Shown: positions 10,561-24,783 of the stretch, in pieces
Layout: every line of letters starts with the position of its first letter
Position numbering within the stretch: position 1 is the first letter of the stretch
Assembly (NCBI GenBank): GCA_038205245.1
Contig: JBBRCD010000006.1
Coordinates: forward strand, 692-64,691
Length of the DNA: 64,000 nt
Direction: 5' to 3'
Source of the DNA: Burkholderiales bacterium
GTDB taxonomy: Bacteria; Pseudomonadota; Gammaproteobacteria; Burkholderiales; CAIKXV01
The notes under the pieces: model-generated
The model's database searches: none
The model's input: the letters and a program-made list of their open reading frames with translations, nothing else
What the model was told of the DNA's origin: nothing
Translations under genes and position numbers: made by a program

Positions 10561-11031
10561 TCAGGACTGAGGTGCGGCCTGAGGTGCGGCCTGTGCTGCG
10601 GCCTGCGCTGCGCGGTGCGGGCAGTCCCGGGTCTGGCAGTCGGCGTAAAGGTAGAGGGAGTGATCGACGATCGTGAAGCCCCGCTGCGCTGCGACTTTCT
10701 CCTGCCGGCGCTCGATCTGCGGGTCACAGAACTCCTCGACCCGGCCGCACTGCAGGCAGACCAGGTGATCATGGTGGGTGTCCCGCTTGAGCTCGAACAC
10801 CGCCCGGTCACCCTCGAAGTGATGCCGCTCCAGCAACCCGGCCTGCTCGAACTGGGTAAGCACCCGGTAGATCGTGGCCAGGCCGAGGTCGATGCCGTCC
10901 CTGGACAGCTGGCGGTAGACGTCTTCGGCCGACATGTGCCTGACTGCGCTGGTCTCGAACAGGTTCAGGATACGCAGGCGGGGCGTGGTGACCTTCAGGC
11001 CGATCGTCTTGAGCTCTTCTGATCTTCCCAT
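10561..11031 (-). CDS. fur: Ferric uptake regulator Fur, with an Ala/Gln/Pro repeat tail
   Basis: From the ATG at complement 11029-11031: MGRSEELKTIGLKVTTPRLRILNLFE...HHDHLVCLQCGRVEEF..., then the tail AAQAAAQAAPQAAPQS. The 284-aa track ORF is an upstream over-extension. Confidence 0.93.
   Translation of the reverse strand: MGRSEELKTIGLKVTTPRLRILNLFETSAVRHMSAEDVYRQLSRDGIDLGLATIYRVLTQFEQAGLLERHHFEGDRAVFELKRDTHHDHLVCLQCGRVEEFCDPQIERRQEKVAAQRGFTIVDHSLYLYADCQTRDCPHRAAQAAAQAAPQAAPQS
10564..10611. repeat. 12-bp tandem repeat x4 inside the fur 3' coding end
   Basis: GGACTGAGGTGC GGCCTGAGGTGC GGCCTGTGCTGC GGCCTGCGCTGC on the + strand. These encode the (A-A-x-Q)-type tail. Confidence 0.9.
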
Positions 11032-11060
11032 CGCCTGTCGGTCCCCTCGGTGGATGTCCC

Positions 11061-11079
11061 GATGAGCGTTATCATATAC
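11061..11079. promoter_or_regulatory. Weak Fur-box-like site in the fur/bamE divergent spacer
   Basis: GATGAGCGTTATCATATAC matches about 11 of 19 positions of GATAATGATAATCATTATC. Confidence 0.3.
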
Positions 11080-11196
11080 GACCTCGCATCCATGGTCGGC
11101 GCGCATCGTTCCGGCCGCCCCTGTGCCATGTCGTGTCTGCAGCAGCCTGTCCGGCGAGACTACTTGCTCCGCCCGCTGTCCATTCCGTTGTGTCCG

Positions 11197-11685
11197 ATGG
11201 TGATCTGCACCGCCGTCCTGCTCGGCGGCTGTGGCCTTTCGCGCGTGCCCACTGTGCACACCGTGCCGGTGCAACAGGGCAATGTCATCGTCCAGGAGTC
11301 GCTGGACAAGCTCAAGCTGGGCATGACCCGGTCGCAGGTGCGCTTCGCGCTGGGCACGCCTCTGATCGTCGACGTGTTCCGGGACGATCGCTGGGACTAT
11401 GTCTATTTTCACCAACGCCGGGGCGAGCCGACTGAGCAGCGGCGGGTGACGGTCGTGTTCGCTGGCGATGCACTGTTGCGCATAGAAGGCGACGTGGTTG
11501 CCGGCTCCGGCACAGCCAAGCCACTGTTGCCGGGTTCCCAGGGTGCGGCGCCGATCAAGACCCCTGCGTCTGCGGCTGCCGGCGCTGCGCCGAAACTCCC
11601 TCCCCCGCCCCCGTCCCCGCCCCCGGCCGAGCCGGTGCCCGAGCGCGGGTTCTTCGGCCGTATCTTCCAGCGTATCGGCCTGTAG
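11197..11685 (+). CDS. bamE: Outer membrane protein assembly factor BamE (SmpA/OmlA lipoprotein)
   Basis: Lipobox LLGGC in MVICTAVLLGGCG. SmpA/OmlA core VQQGNVIVQESLDKLKLGMTRSQVRFALGTPLIVDVF..DRWDYVY. Pro/Ala-rich C-terminal tail. Divergent from fur, as is common. Confidence 0.88.
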   Translation: MVICTAVLLGGCGLSRVPTVHTVPVQQGNVIVQESLDKLKLGMTRSQVRFALGTPLIVDVFRDDRWDYVYFHQRRGEPTEQRRVTVVFAGDALLRIEGDVVAGSGTAKPLLPGSQGAAPIKTPASAAAGAAPKLPPPPPSPPPAEPVPERGFFGRIFQRIGL

Positions 11686-11739
11686 CTACTCAACGAACTG
11701 TGCAGCGGCTGGGACTGATCGAAGCCGCCAGGAGGCGAA

Positions 11740-12558
11740 ATGGAGCGGATGTTGAACGTCGTCATCGCCGGGGCTTCCGGTCGAATGGGCCGTACCCTGA
11801 TCGAGGCGGTGGTGCGCGCGCCGCAGATGCGCCTGCATGCCGCGCTCGATCGTCCTGACAGCCTGGCGATCGGACGGGATGCCGCAGAAGGCACTGGCGC
11901 GAATACCGGCGTGGTGATCGGGGCCGACATCGCCCGAGCGCTGGACGGCGCGCATGTGCTGATCGATTTCACCGTGCCGCGGGCGACGCTGGAGCATGCC
12001 GCACAGTGCGTGACGCGTGGGGTGTCGATGGTGATCGGCACCACCGGCTTCGAACCGGCGGACCGGCAGCGCCTGTCCGAGGCCGGTACCCGGATTCCCA
12101 TGGTGGTGGCGCCGAACATGAGTGTCGGTGTGAACGTCGCGTTCAAACTGGTGGAGACGGCGGCGCGGATTCTGGGCGACGCTTATGACGTCGAAGTGTT
12201 CGAGATTCATCACAAGCACAAGATCGATGCGCCCTCGGGAACGGCGGTGCGGCTAGGGGAAGCCGCCGCAGCCGCGCTCGGCCGAGATCTGGCGCGCGAC
12301 GGGGTGTACGGCCGCGAGGGGCTTACCGGCGAGCGCACTGTGCGCGAGATCGGTTTCCATTCCGCCCGTGGTGGTGACATCGTCGGCGATCACACCGTGT
12401 TCTTCGCCGGGGCTGGAGAGCGGCTCGAGATCACCCACCGGTCGTCCAGCCGATCCAACTATGCGCTGGGCGCGCTGCGCGCTGCGCGTTGGCTGGACGG
12501 GCGCGCCAGCGGGTTGTTCGACATGCAGGACGTGCTTGGATTGCGCGATCCGGGCTGA
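11740..12558 (+). CDS. dapB: 4-hydroxy-tetrahydrodipicolinate reductase
   Basis: VVIAGASGRMGR NAD(P)-binding motif and EIHHKHKIDAPSGTA signature. Confidence 0.95.
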   Translation: MERMLNVVIAGASGRMGRTLIEAVVRAPQMRLHAALDRPDSLAIGRDAAEGTGANTGVVIGADIARALDGAHVLIDFTVPRATLEHAAQCVTRGVSMVIGTTGFEPADRQRLSEAGTRIPMVVAPNMSVGVNVAFKLVETAARILGDAYDVEVFEIHHKHKIDAPSGTAVRLGEAAAAALGRDLARDGVYGREGLTGERTVREIGFHSARGGDIVGDHTVFFAGAGERLEITHRSSSRSNYALGALRAARWLDGRASGLFDMQDVLGLRDPG

Positions 12559-12884
12559 ACGCCGGGCTGCCCGGCCGGACCGAATCCAGTCCCGGGACAG
12601 GGCTGTCGCCGGTCGCGTTGGAGCAGCGCTCGATCGCGCTGTGGCCCGGCCGCAGTCGGTTCGCGTATAATCAGTGAAATATTACGCAGGGCGGTGCATG
12701 CGGTCCGTACCCGGGATTGCACGCACAAGGCACGACTTGTGCCGACAGCCCTGCTCGCAGCGTCGCAGTGTGTGCAGCCCCGGGGTGGGCGCCGAGTCAG
12801 TCGTGTAGTACGCCTTGCGGCATGCTTCGCGCAGCCCGGTGCGTGCCCGGTCCAGGTTGCCATCAGTTCTGGAGAAGTTCAGTC

Positions 12885-14034
12885 GTGTCAGCCCGTCCGC
12901 CCGCTCTGCTTGCGCTTGCCGACGGAACGGCATTTCACGGCCTGTCGATCGGTGGCCCGGTGCGCTCGGTCGGCGAAGTCGTGTTCAATACCTCGATGTC
13001 CGGCTACCAGGAGATCCTCACCGATCCGTCGTACTCCGGGCAACTGGTGACGCTGACTTATCCGCATATCGGCAATGTCGGTGTCAATCCGGAAGATGTC
13101 GAGTCGGCCAGGGTCTCGGCGGCCGGCCTGGTGATCCGCGACCTGTCGATGGTGGCGAGCAATTTCCGTTCGACCCGGACGCTGACCAGCTATCTGGAAG
13201 CCGCCGGTGTACCCGGTATCGCCGAGATCGACACCCGAAAACTGACCCGCCTCCTGCGCGAGAAGGGCGCCCAGGGCGGCTGCCTGGTGGCTGCTGCGTC
13301 GATCGGTGAGCCGATCGATATCGACGCGGCGATTGCCGCAGCCCGTGGGTTCCCGGGGCTCGCCGGCATGGACCTGGCAAAGGTCGTCACCTGCGAGCGC
13401 ACCTACCGCTGGACCGAAGGCGTGTGGGCACTGGGCAGCGGCTATAGTGAACCCGCCCAACTCGCCGAGCCGAAGTTCCATGTCGTCGCCTACGACTTCG
13501 GCGTCAAGCGAAACATCCTGCGCATGCTGGCGAGCCGCGGCTGTGCGCTTACCGTGGTGCCGGCGCAGACCCCGGCCGCCGACGTGCTGGCGATGAAGCC
13601 CGATGGGGTGTTCCTGTCCAGCGGGCCGGGCGATCCGGAGCCCTGCAGTTATGCGATCAGCGCGATCCGCACCCTGCTCGACCACCAGGTGCCGATATTC
13701 GGCATCTGCCTGGGCCATCAGTTGCTCGGATTGGCCAGCGGGGCGAAGACGCGGAAGATGAAGTTCGGCCATCACGGCGCCAATCACCCGGTGCAGGACC
13801 TGGATACCAAACGGGTGATGATCACCAGTCAGAATCATGGTTTCGAGGTGGATCCGGACACGCTGCCGGCGACCGCCCGGGTAACCCATGTGTCCCTGTT
13901 CGATGGCAGTCTGCAGGGCTTCGAACGGACGGACCGGCCGGCGTTCTGCTTCCAGGGGCATCCCGAGGCGAGTCCCGGGCCACATGACATCGGCAATCTG
14001 TTCGACCGCTTCACCCGCATGATGGAGGTGCGCC

Positions 14035-14042
<8 letters not shown>
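12885..14042 (+). CDS. carA: Carbamoyl-phosphate synthase small (glutaminase) subunit
   Basis: The GTG at 12885 is preceded by [61 protein letters not shown], and GICLGHQ for the catalytic Cys. The track ORF start at 12717 is an upstream extension. Confidence 0.95.
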
Positions 14043-17434
<3,392 letters not shown>

Positions 17435-17438
<4 letters not shown>

Positions 17439-17514
17439 CCCCATTGACCCATTGACCCATTGTCAAGCCGACCCGCCGACCCGCCGACCCTCCGACCCGC
17501 CGACCGGCTGACCT
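17435..17514. repeat. 8-bp tandem repeat x10 starting at the carB stop codon
   Basis: CTGACCCC ATTGACCC ATTGACCC ATTGTCAA GCCGACCC GCCGACCC GCCGACCC TCCGACCC GCCGACCG GCTGACCT. Confidence 0.85.
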
Positions 17515-17584
17515 GGTAACCGGGTCGGACCGGCATCCGCTCTGACTTTCCGTCCAAACTTCCAACTCTCCTCGAGGCCGTCAG

Positions 17585-18061
17585 ATGGCGACTATTCCGG
17601 TAACCGTGGTCGGCGCAGGCAAGCTGCGCGCCGAGTTGCACAAGCTGAAGACCGTGGAGCGGCACCAGGTGATCGCGGCGATCAGCGAGGCGCGTGCGCA
17701 TGGCGACCTGTCGGAGAACGCTGAATACGATGCGGCGAAGGAGCGCCAGGGGTTTATCGAGGGCCGCATCGCCGAGATCGAAAGCAAGCTGTCCAATGCC
17801 CAGGTGATCGATCCGAAACTGGTCGACGCCGAGGGGCGGGTGGTGTTCGGCGCCACCGTCGAACTGGAGGATCTGAAGAGCAGCGATGTGGTGACTTATC
17901 AGATCGTCGGCGACGACGAGGCCGACATCAAGTCGGGCAAGATCAGCATTTCTTCGCCGATCGCGCGCGCGCTGATCGGCAAGTACTCGGGCGACATCGC
18001 CGAGGTGCAGGCCCCCGGTGGGGCCCGTGAGTATGAAGTGCTCGACGTGAAGTACATCTGA
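17585..18061 (+). CDS. greA: Transcription elongation factor GreA
   Basis: 158-aa ORF with the GreA pattern (HGDLSENAEYDAAKERQ...ISISSPIARALIGK). Confidence 0.95.
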   Translation: MATIPVTVVGAGKLRAELHKLKTVERHQVIAAISEARAHGDLSENAEYDAAKERQGFIEGRIAEIESKLSNAQVIDPKLVDAEGRVVFGATVELEDLKSSDVVTYQIVGDDEADIKSGKISISSPIARALIGKYSGDIAEVQAPGGAREYEVLDVKYI

Positions 18062-18133
18062 CCAAGACGTCTTACGCGGGCACCTGAACCGGTGGTCACG
18101 ACGCTGGCTGCGCTGGCGGCGCCGACGACCGGA

Positions 18134-18511
18134 TCAGTGGGACTGGTGGCTGCGTTTCGTGCGATGCCGCCCGGACGTGCCCAGCTTCGCGCTGCGGGTG
18201 GATCGACGGTTGGCGCCAGCGGCCTCCGCCTGTTCCGGGCGGGGGCGCCAGAGGATCAGGATGCGGCCGATGCTCTGCACCGGCGCGCAGTCCAGGCGCT
18301 CGGCGAGCTGGGCCAGCCAGAGCTCGCGCTCCTGCCGGTCGTCGGAGGCGGCCCGCACCTTGATCAGCTGGTGGCTGCGCAGGCACAGGTCGACTTCCTT
18401 GAGCAGCGACTCGGTAATGCCGGCCTTGCCGATCGCGGCAACTGGAGACAGGGCATGAGCCTCGGCCTTGAGCGCCCGGCGTTCCGGTGTAGTGAGTTCC
18501 AGGGCAGGCAT
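18134..18511 (-). CDS. yhbY: RNA-binding protein YhbY (CRM domain)
   Basis: From the ATG at complement 18509-18511: MPALELTTPERRALKAEAHALSPVAAIGKAGITESLLKEVDLCLRSHQLIKVR. Conserved position divergent from rlmE. Confidence 0.85.
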   Translation of the reverse strand: MPALELTTPERRALKAEAHALSPVAAIGKAGITESLLKEVDLCLRSHQLIKVRAASDDRQERELWLAQLAERLDCAPVQSIGRILILWRPRPEQAEAAGANRRSTRSAKLGTSGRHRTKRSHQSH

Positions 18512-18684
18512 ATCGGCTCGTTCGATTGGCAGGGAAGGGCGGGACGGTCGCCGGAGATCAGCACCGGGAGACACATGTGCGCGCACCCGTGCGGCGCAGC
18601 AGGGGCGCGAAGTGTAATCTTCGTGGCCGAAGAGCGCACGGTCCGTCAGCCGTAGACGGTGCGCGCGGAAAGGGCCCTGGCGAA

Positions 18685-19332
18685 ATGAAGCGCAGCAACA
18701 GCAGCCAGACCTGGTTGCGGGAACACGAGAACGACACCTATGTGCAGCGCGCGCGGAAGGAGGGTTTCCGCTCGCGCGCGATCTACAAGCTGTCCGAGAT
18801 TGACGACAAGGATCGGCTGTTGCGCCCCGGCGCCACCGTGGTCGACCTGGGTGCCGCGCCCGGCAGCTGGGCCCAGCTGGCGATACGCCGGGTGCACCCC
18901 GGCGGGCGGGTGATCGCGGTCGATCTGCTGGAAATGGCGCCGCTGGCCGGGGTCGACGTGATTCAGGGTGACTTCACGACTGACGCAGTGCTCGTCGAGC
19001 TGGACCGGCAGCTGGCCGGACGCCGGGTCGACCTTGTGCTTTCGGACATGGCCCCCAATATCTCCGGCATTGCCTCGATGGATCAGGCACGGGCGGTCAA
19101 TCTGGCGGAGATGGCTCTGGAGTTCGCATGCGCCAGGCTGGGTCCGGAAGGGGCTTTTCTGGTGAAGACGTTCCAGGGCGAGGGTTATCCGGCGTTTCGC
19201 AGCCAGATGCTGGCGGCGTTCCACACGGTGACCAGCCGCAAGCCGGCTGCATCCCGGGACCGCAGCAGCGAACAGTTTCTGCTTGGCCGGCGGCCGAAAT
19301 CCTGCTTTGTCGCGGCGCTGGCAGGTGGTTAA
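18685..19332 (+). CDS. rlmE: 23S rRNA 2'-O-ribose U2552 methyltransferase RlmE (FtsJ)
   Basis: MKRSNSSQTWLREHENDTYVQRARKEGFRSRAIYKLSEID...VVDLGAAPGSWAQ...DLVLSDMAPNISG. Upstream of ftsH. Confidence 0.93.
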   Translation: MKRSNSSQTWLREHENDTYVQRARKEGFRSRAIYKLSEIDDKDRLLRPGATVVDLGAAPGSWAQLAIRRVHPGGRVIAVDLLEMAPLAGVDVIQGDFTTDAVLVELDRQLAGRRVDLVLSDMAPNISGIASMDQARAVNLAEMALEFACARLGPEGAFLVKTFQGEGYPAFRSQMLAAFHTVTSRKPAASRDRSSEQFLLGRRPKSCFVAALAGG

Positions 19333-19536
19333 CGGTAACTTTTTTCCGGAACCAGCCGATATAGGAAACGACCCGGGGAACAACCCGGGAACACCCACCC
19401 TTTCGGTTGCTGCAGTAGAGGGGGGGGGCTCGACGGTTGGTCGACTGACTTGCCGGACAGTGCAGACCGGGTTTCGGGTTTAGAATGATGTTTCTCGTGC
19501 GGGGCCACTCGCACGCCATCCATGCAGGAGTAGCGC

Positions 19537-21432
19537 TTGAACAATCTGGTGAAGAACGTCGCGATCTGGCTGGTCATCGCCCTGGTGCTGATGACTGTGT
19601 TCCAGCAGTTCAGCACCCGCCAGGTGCAGAGCAACACGCTCGAGTACTCCCAATTCATCGAGGAGGTCAAAGCCGGGCGTGTGGAGAAGGTCACCATCGA
19701 AGGCCGGGTCATCAAGGGCGTGCGCGGCGATGGCAAGCGCTTCGTGACCTATTCGCCGTCCGACCCGTGGCTGGTGAGCGACCTGCTCAAGAGCGGTGTA
19801 TCGATCGAAGCGAAGCCCGATGAAGAGCCCTCGCTACTGATGAACATCTTCGTGTCCTGGTTCCCGATGCTTTTGCTGATCGCGGTCTGGGTCTTCTTCA
19901 TGCGCCAGATGCAGGGCGGCGGGCGCGGCGGTGCGTTCTCTTTCGGCAAGAGCCGGGCGAAGTTGCATGACGAGAACAGCAACCAGATCACCTTTGTCGA
20001 CGTCGCCGGCTGCGAAGAGGCGAAGGAAGAAGTGTCCGAGCTGGTCGACTTCCTGCGCGACCCGTCCAAGTTCCAGAAGCTTGGTGGCCGTATCCCGCGC
20101 GGCGTGCTGATGGTGGGCAGCCCGGGCACCGGCAAGACGCTGCTCGCCAGGGCGATTGCCGGCGAGGCCAAGGTGCCGTTCTTCTCGATCTCGGGTTCTG
20201 ACTTTGTCGAGATGTTCGTCGGTGTCGGCGCAGCCCGGGTGCGCGACATGTTCGAGCAGGCGAAGAAGCACGCACCCTGCATTCTGTTCATCGACGAAAT
20301 CGATGCGGTAGGCCGCCAGCGCGGTGCCGGTCTTGGTGGCGGCAACGACGAGCGCGAGCAGACCTTGAACCAGCTGCTGGTGGAAATGGACGGCTTCGAG
20401 GGCGCGGCCGGCGTGATCGTGATCGCCGCGACCAATCGCCCGGATGTGCTGGACCCGGCACTGCTGCGCCCGGGCCGGTTCGACCGTCAGGTGGTGGTGC
20501 CGTTGCCCGACATTCGCGGGCGCGAGCAGATCCTTCAGGTGCACATGCGCAAGGTGCCGATCTCCCCGGACGTGCGGGCCGACATCCTGGCGCGCGGCTG
20601 CCCGGGTTTCTCCGGTGCCGACCTGGCGAACCTGGTGAACGAGGCGGCCCTGTTCGCAGCGCGCAAGAACAAACGTCTGGTGGACATGGACGATTTCGAG
20701 CGCGCGAAGGACAAGATCATGATGGGCGCGGAGCGCCGGTCGATGGTGATGCCCGAGCGTGAACGCAAGAACACGGCGTATCACGAGTCCGGCCATGCAC
20801 TGGTCGCGCGCATGCTGGACAAGACCGACCCGGTGCACAAGGTCACCATCATTCCGCGCGGACGCGCACTCGGTGTAACCATGCAGTTGCCGGTGGAAGA
20901 CCGTTACAGCATGGACCATGAGCAGATCCTGCAGAACATCTCGGTGCTGTTCGGCGGAAGGATTGCCGAGGAAGTGTTCATGGGCCAGATGACGACCGGC
21001 GCTTCGAACGATTTCGAGCGTGCCACGGACCTTGCGCGCAAGATGGTCACCCAGTGGGGCATGAGCAAGGAAATGGGCACGATGGTGTATGGCGAGAACG
21101 AGGGCGAGGTATTCCTCGGGCGCTCGATCACCACCCACAAGAACGTGTCCGAGGCGACCATGCAGCAGGTAGACGCCGAGATTCGCCGGATCATCGACCA
21201 GCAGTACACGCTGGCGCGCCGGCTGATCGAGGAGAATACCGACAAGATGCATGCGTTGGCCAATGCCCTGCTGGAGTTCGAGACCATTGATGCCAACCAG
21301 ATCGACGACATCATGCATGGCAAGCCGCCCCGGCCACCCAAGCCGATTCAGGCTTCAGCGCCGTCCAGCGGCAGCTCGTCGGCGCCCCCAAGTGCGCCCG
21401 CGCCGACGGTGACGCCGGCGACCGAGGCCTGA
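19537..21432 (+). CDS. ftsH: ATP-dependent zinc metalloprotease FtsH
   Basis: TTG start 6 nt after GGAG. N-terminus [24 protein letters not shown]. Walker A GSPGTGKT, the SRH region and the HESGHAL zinc motif. Confidence 0.98.
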   Translation: MNNLVKNVAIWLVIALVLMTVFQQFSTRQVQSNTLEYSQFIEEVKAGRVEKVTIEGRVIKGVRGDGKRFVTYSPSDPWLVSDLLKSGVSIEAKPDEEPSLLMNIFVSWFPMLLLIAVWVFFMRQMQGGGRGGAFSFGKSRAKLHDENSNQITFVDVAGCEEAKEEVSELVDFLRDPSKFQKLGGRIPRGVLMVGSPGTGKTLLARAIAGEAKVPFFSISGSDFVEMFVGVGAARVRDMFEQAKKHAPCILFIDEIDAVGRQRGAGLGGGNDEREQTLNQLLVEMDGFEGAAGVIVIAATNRPDVLDPALLRPGRFDRQVVVPLPDIRGREQILQVHMRKVPISPDVRADILARGCPGFSGADLANLVNEAALFAARKNKRLVDMDDFERAKDKIMMGAERRSMVMPERERKNTAYHESGHALVARMLDKTDPVHKVTIIPRGRALGVTMQLPVEDRYSMDHEQILQNISVLFGGRIAEEVFMGQMTTGASNDFERATDLARKMVTQWGMSKEMGTMVYGENEGEVFLGRSITTHKNVSEATMQQVDAEIRRIIDQQYTLARRLIEENTDKMHALANALLEFETIDANQIDDIMHGKPPRPPKPIQASAPSSGSSSAPPSAPAPTVTPATEA

Positions 21433-21559
21433 TTCATCTGAAGAAGAGTGCTGCCCGGGCCGTGTCCGCCTGGGCAGTCATTTTGTTTCCCTTTGCAGCC
21501 GTGCCGACCGAGGCGGTCTTGGCCGGGTGGATCGTTCCGGCGTGCCCTTCGCGGGCTGG

Positions 21560-22519
21560 ATGACTTCGATGCCTCGAGTCTGGTCCTGTGGTGGGTTTCG
21601 TCTGACGCTCGACACCCCTCGCCTGATGGGGGTGATCAATGTCACCCCAGACTCGTTCTCGGATGGCGGGCGTCATCTTGATGCGCAGCAGGCGGTAGCG
21701 CATGGCCGGGTGCTGATCGAAGACGGCGCCGCCATTCTGGATGTGGGGGGCGAATCGACCCGACCCGGCGCTGCGGCAGTCAGCCAGGCGGAAGAACTGC
21801 GGCGGGTGCTGCCGGTGATCAAGGGACTGGCCGGTGTCCGGGTGCCGCTGTCGATCGATACCGCCAAGCCAGCGGTGATGCGTGCTGCGATCGCTGCCGG
21901 TGCCTCTATCGTCAACGATATCCATGCGCTGCGCATGCCAGGCGCGGTGGATGTGGTTGCCGGCAGCGAGGCTGGCGTCTGCCTGATGCATATGCAGGGC
22001 ACGCCAGGCACGATGCAGCGTGACCCACGCTATGCCGATGTGGTGGACGAGGTCACCCGCTTCCTCAGTGAGCGCATCGATGCCCTGGTACATGCCGGCA
22101 TCGTGCGCGAGCGGATCGCGGTCGATCCGGGAATAGGCTTCGGCAAGACACTGGAGCACAACCTTGCACTGCTTCGCGCGCTGCCCAGGCTGCGCGAACT
22201 GGGTTGTGCGGTCCTGGTCGGTCTGTCGCAAAAATCGATGCTTGGCGCGATCACCGGGCGGTCGATCGATGAGCGGCAGGCGGCCAGCGTTGGCGGCGCC
22301 CTGTGGTGCGCGCTTCACGGGGCTGACATAATACGGGTGCATGACGTGCGCGAGACCCGGGACGTGCTGGCCGTATGGCATGCCCTGACCGGAGGCCCGG
22401 GGGACCAGCCGGTGGGGAAGCGCCCGGCAACCCGCGCTGACCGGCTTTCGCCATCGTCGATGGTTTCGTTACCGCTTGCGTCAACCCGTTCCCCCTCGAA
22501 AAGACGAACTATCCCTTGA
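21560..22519 (+). CDS. folP: Dihydropteroate synthase
   Basis: [27 protein letters not shown] and the pterin-binding core. Start uncertain (21527, 21560 or 21569). The C-terminal ~40 aa are low complexity. Confidence 0.9.
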   Translation: MTSMPRVWSCGGFRLTLDTPRLMGVINVTPDSFSDGGRHLDAQQAVAHGRVLIEDGAAILDVGGESTRPGAAAVSQAEELRRVLPVIKGLAGVRVPLSIDTAKPAVMRAAIAAGASIVNDIHALRMPGAVDVVAGSEAGVCLMHMQGTPGTMQRDPRYADVVDEVTRFLSERIDALVHAGIVRERIAVDPGIGFGKTLEHNLALLRALPRLRELGCAVLVGLSQKSMLGAITGRSIDERQAASVGGALWCALHGADIIRVHDVRETRDVLAVWHALTGGPGDQPVGKRPATRADRLSPSSMVSLPLASTRSPSKRRTIP

Positions 22520-23880
22520 CGCGAAAGTTTTTCGGTACCGATGGCATCCGCGGCCGGGTGGGCGAGCCGCCGATCACGCCCGATTTCGTCATGCGGCTGG
22601 GCAACGCTGCCGGTCGCGTGCTCGCCAGCGGCGTGGCCGCGTCGACCCGCCCGCGCGGCGCGGCGCATCCGTCGGTGGTGATCGGCAAGGACACCCGGGT
22701 TTCCGGTTACATGCTGGAGTCTGCGCTGCAGGCCGGGTTGTCCGCAGCCGGGGTCGATGTCTATCTGTGTGGACCGATGCCCACCCCGGCCGTGGCCTAT
22801 CTGGCCAGGGCGCTGCGGCTGTCGGCTGGCATCGTGATCAGCGCCTCGCACAACCCTTATGACGACAACGGCATCAAGTTCTTTTCCGGCGACGGCAACA
22901 AGCTTCCGGATGCGGCCGAACTGCAGATCGAGCGCATGCTGGACGAGCCGCTGCTCACGCTCGAGTCGGCGAAGCTCGGCCGTGCGCGCCGTATCGCTGA
23001 CGCCCCTGGCCGCTACATCGAGTTCTGCAAGAGTACGTTCCCGGCCGAGCGTAATCTGCGCGGGCTGCGTATCGTGGTCGATTCAGCGCATGGGGCGACC
23101 TACCATGTCGCCGGTCCGGTGCTGCACGAACTCGGCGCGGACGTGATCGCCATCGGCAACCAGCCCGATGGTTTCAACATCAACCGCAGCTTCGGCGCGA
23201 CCCACCCGGCGACGCTGCGCGAGGCGGTTCGTGCGAACCAGGCCGACCTCGGAATCGCGCTGGATGGCGACGGTGATCGGCTGCTGATGTGCGATGACCA
23301 GGGTGAGGTCTATGACGGCGATCAGTTGCTGTATGCGATCGCGATCGATCGGCTGGAACGGGGTGAACTGAAGGGCGGCGTTGCTGGTACCTTGATGAGC
23401 AATCTGGCGCTGGAGCGCGCCCTTGCTGCGCGCGGTGTGCCGTTCGAGCGCGCAAAGGTGGGTGATCGCTACGTGCTGGAACTGCTGCTTGCACGCGGCT
23501 GGCAACTGGGCGGCGAGAACTCCGGCCACATCCTGTGCCTTGACAAGCACACCACTGGCGATGGCATCGTGTCTGCGCTGCAGGTGCTGGCGGCGCTGGC
23601 GAGCAGCGGGCGCAGCCTGGCGGAGGCGGCCGGTGCGCTGCAACTTTACCCGCAGGTGTTGATCAATGTGCGGTTGGCCAACCTCGACGCCCACCGTGAC
23701 GACCCTGAGGTCGCGAAGGTGCTCGCTGGCGCGCGCAAAGCCCTGGGCGACGGCGGCCGGGTGCTGCTGCGTCCCTCCGGCACCGAGCCGGTGGTTCGGG
23801 TGATGGTCGAATCCGAACGCGAGGATACGGCGCGAACCTGGGCCGAGTCGATCGCCACTGCGGTTCGGGCAGCGGCCTGA
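22516..23880 (+). CDS. glmM: Phosphoglucosamine mutase
   Basis: TTG start. [16 protein letters not shown] and the active-site motif [15 protein letters not shown]. Confidence 0.96.
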   Translation: MTRKFFGTDGIRGRVGEPPITPDFVMRLGNAAGRVLASGVAASTRPRGAAHPSVVIGKDTRVSGYMLESALQAGLSAAGVDVYLCGPMPTPAVAYLARALRLSAGIVISASHNPYDDNGIKFFSGDGNKLPDAAELQIERMLDEPLLTLESAKLGRARRIADAPGRYIEFCKSTFPAERNLRGLRIVVDSAHGATYHVAGPVLHELGADVIAIGNQPDGFNINRSFGATHPATLREAVRANQADLGIALDGDGDRLLMCDDQGEVYDGDQLLYAIAIDRLERGELKGGVAGTLMSNLALERALAARGVPFERAKVGDRYVLELLLARGWQLGGENSGHILCLDKHTTGDGIVSALQVLAALASSGRSLAEAAGALQLYPQVLINVRLANLDAHRDDPEVAKVLAGARKALGDGGRVLLRPSGTEPVVRVMVESEREDTARTWAESIATAVRAAA

Positions 23881-23927
23881 ATCGAGCCGATACGGCCCGG
23901 GATTTCGGCCCGGGCCGGATCAATAAG

Positions 23928-23987
23928 GTGCGCAGTAAAGTGCGCAGTGAGGTACGCGGTGAGATGCGCACGCAGGTGCGCCGCCGC
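23928..23987. repeat. 12-bp tandem repeat x5 downstream of glmM
   Basis: GTGCGCAGTAAA GTGCGCAGTGAG GTACGCGGTGAG ATGCGCACGCAG GTGCGCCGCCGC. Confidence 0.85.
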
Positions 23988-24027
23988 GACCCGCCTTGGG
24001 CGCAGGCCTGTGCCTGGGCTCCGAAAG

Positions 24028-24507
24028 TTACTTCTTCGCCGGCGGCAGGAGGACCCGGTCGATCACATGGATCACACCGTTGGTGGCGACGATATCGGCC
24101 TGGGTCACCGATGCTTCCTCGACGATCACGAAGGTGCCGGCTTTAGACAGCGAGAGCGGCGAACCCTGCACCGACTTCGCCGGCCCGGTCTTGACCTCAG
24201 CCGCGGTGACCCGGCCGCTGATCACGTGGAAGGTCAGGACTGCGCGCAACTGGTCGGGATTCTTCAGCAGTTTCTCGAGGGCGCCAGCAGGCAGTTGCTT
24301 GAAGGCCGCATCGGTCGGCGCAAACACGGTGAACGGGCCCGGACCCTTCAGCGTGGCGGTCAACCCGGCAGCCTTGATCGCTGCGCTTAGCGTGGTCAGG
24401 TTGGGTGATTGCGCGGCGGTATCCACGATATCCACTGGCGGGTTCATCGAGGCGCAGCCGGAAACCGCGAAGGCGACCGCGGCAATAAGCCAGATACGAC
24501 GTTGCAT
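24028..24507 (-). CDS. Fasciclin (FAS1) domain lipoprotein
   Basis: MQRRIWLIAAVAFAVSGC lipobox. FAS1 motifs TVFAPTDAAF and NGVIHVIDRVLLP. Confidence 0.85.
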   Translation of the reverse strand: MQRRIWLIAAVAFAVSGCASMNPPVDIVDTAAQSPNLTTLSAAIKAAGLTATLKGPGPFTVFAPTDAAFKQLPAGALEKLLKNPDQLRAVLTFHVISGRVTAAEVKTGPAKSVQGSPLSLSKAGTFVIVEEASVTQADIVATNGVIHVIDRVLLPPAKK

Positions 24508-24710
24508 GAGCACTACTCCTGAAGCTATCGAGGGGAGGGCGAGCCAACTCCTCCAGCAGGCATTCGAACTGGCCAGCGCAGCAGTCGATCTCGCCGCCGG
24601 AAGGTACCTGTGCCTCATGACAGAACTATGACGATCGGCTGCCATCCCCCGCCACCCCTGCCCCATCGCCCAGCATGGGCTGACGGAACTGACATGATTC
24701 AGCCTTCCGG

Positions 24711-24728
24711 GTGTAACAGTCCTGTCAT
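24711..24728 (+). promoter_or_regulatory. Putative Pho box upstream of pstS
   Basis: GTGTAAC-AGTC-CTGTCAT against the consensus CTGTCAT-AWAW-CTGTCAY. The second half-site is perfect. TAGACT, a possible -10, lies 10 nt downstream. Confidence 0.4.
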
Positions 24729-24783
24729 CCACGCTCACTAGACTCCGCGGCTACTACACGACGTTCAGGATGTGAGGATTCCA

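Noticed and set aside
12559-12884. A TATAAT at 12666-12671 followed by TGAAATATTACGCA (an ARG-box-like sequence) and a GCACAAG...CTTGTGC hairpin, as a regulated carA leader.
   Set aside because: The -35 is poor, and the ARG-box match is weak and single rather than a tandem pair. There is not enough support to call a regulatory site.
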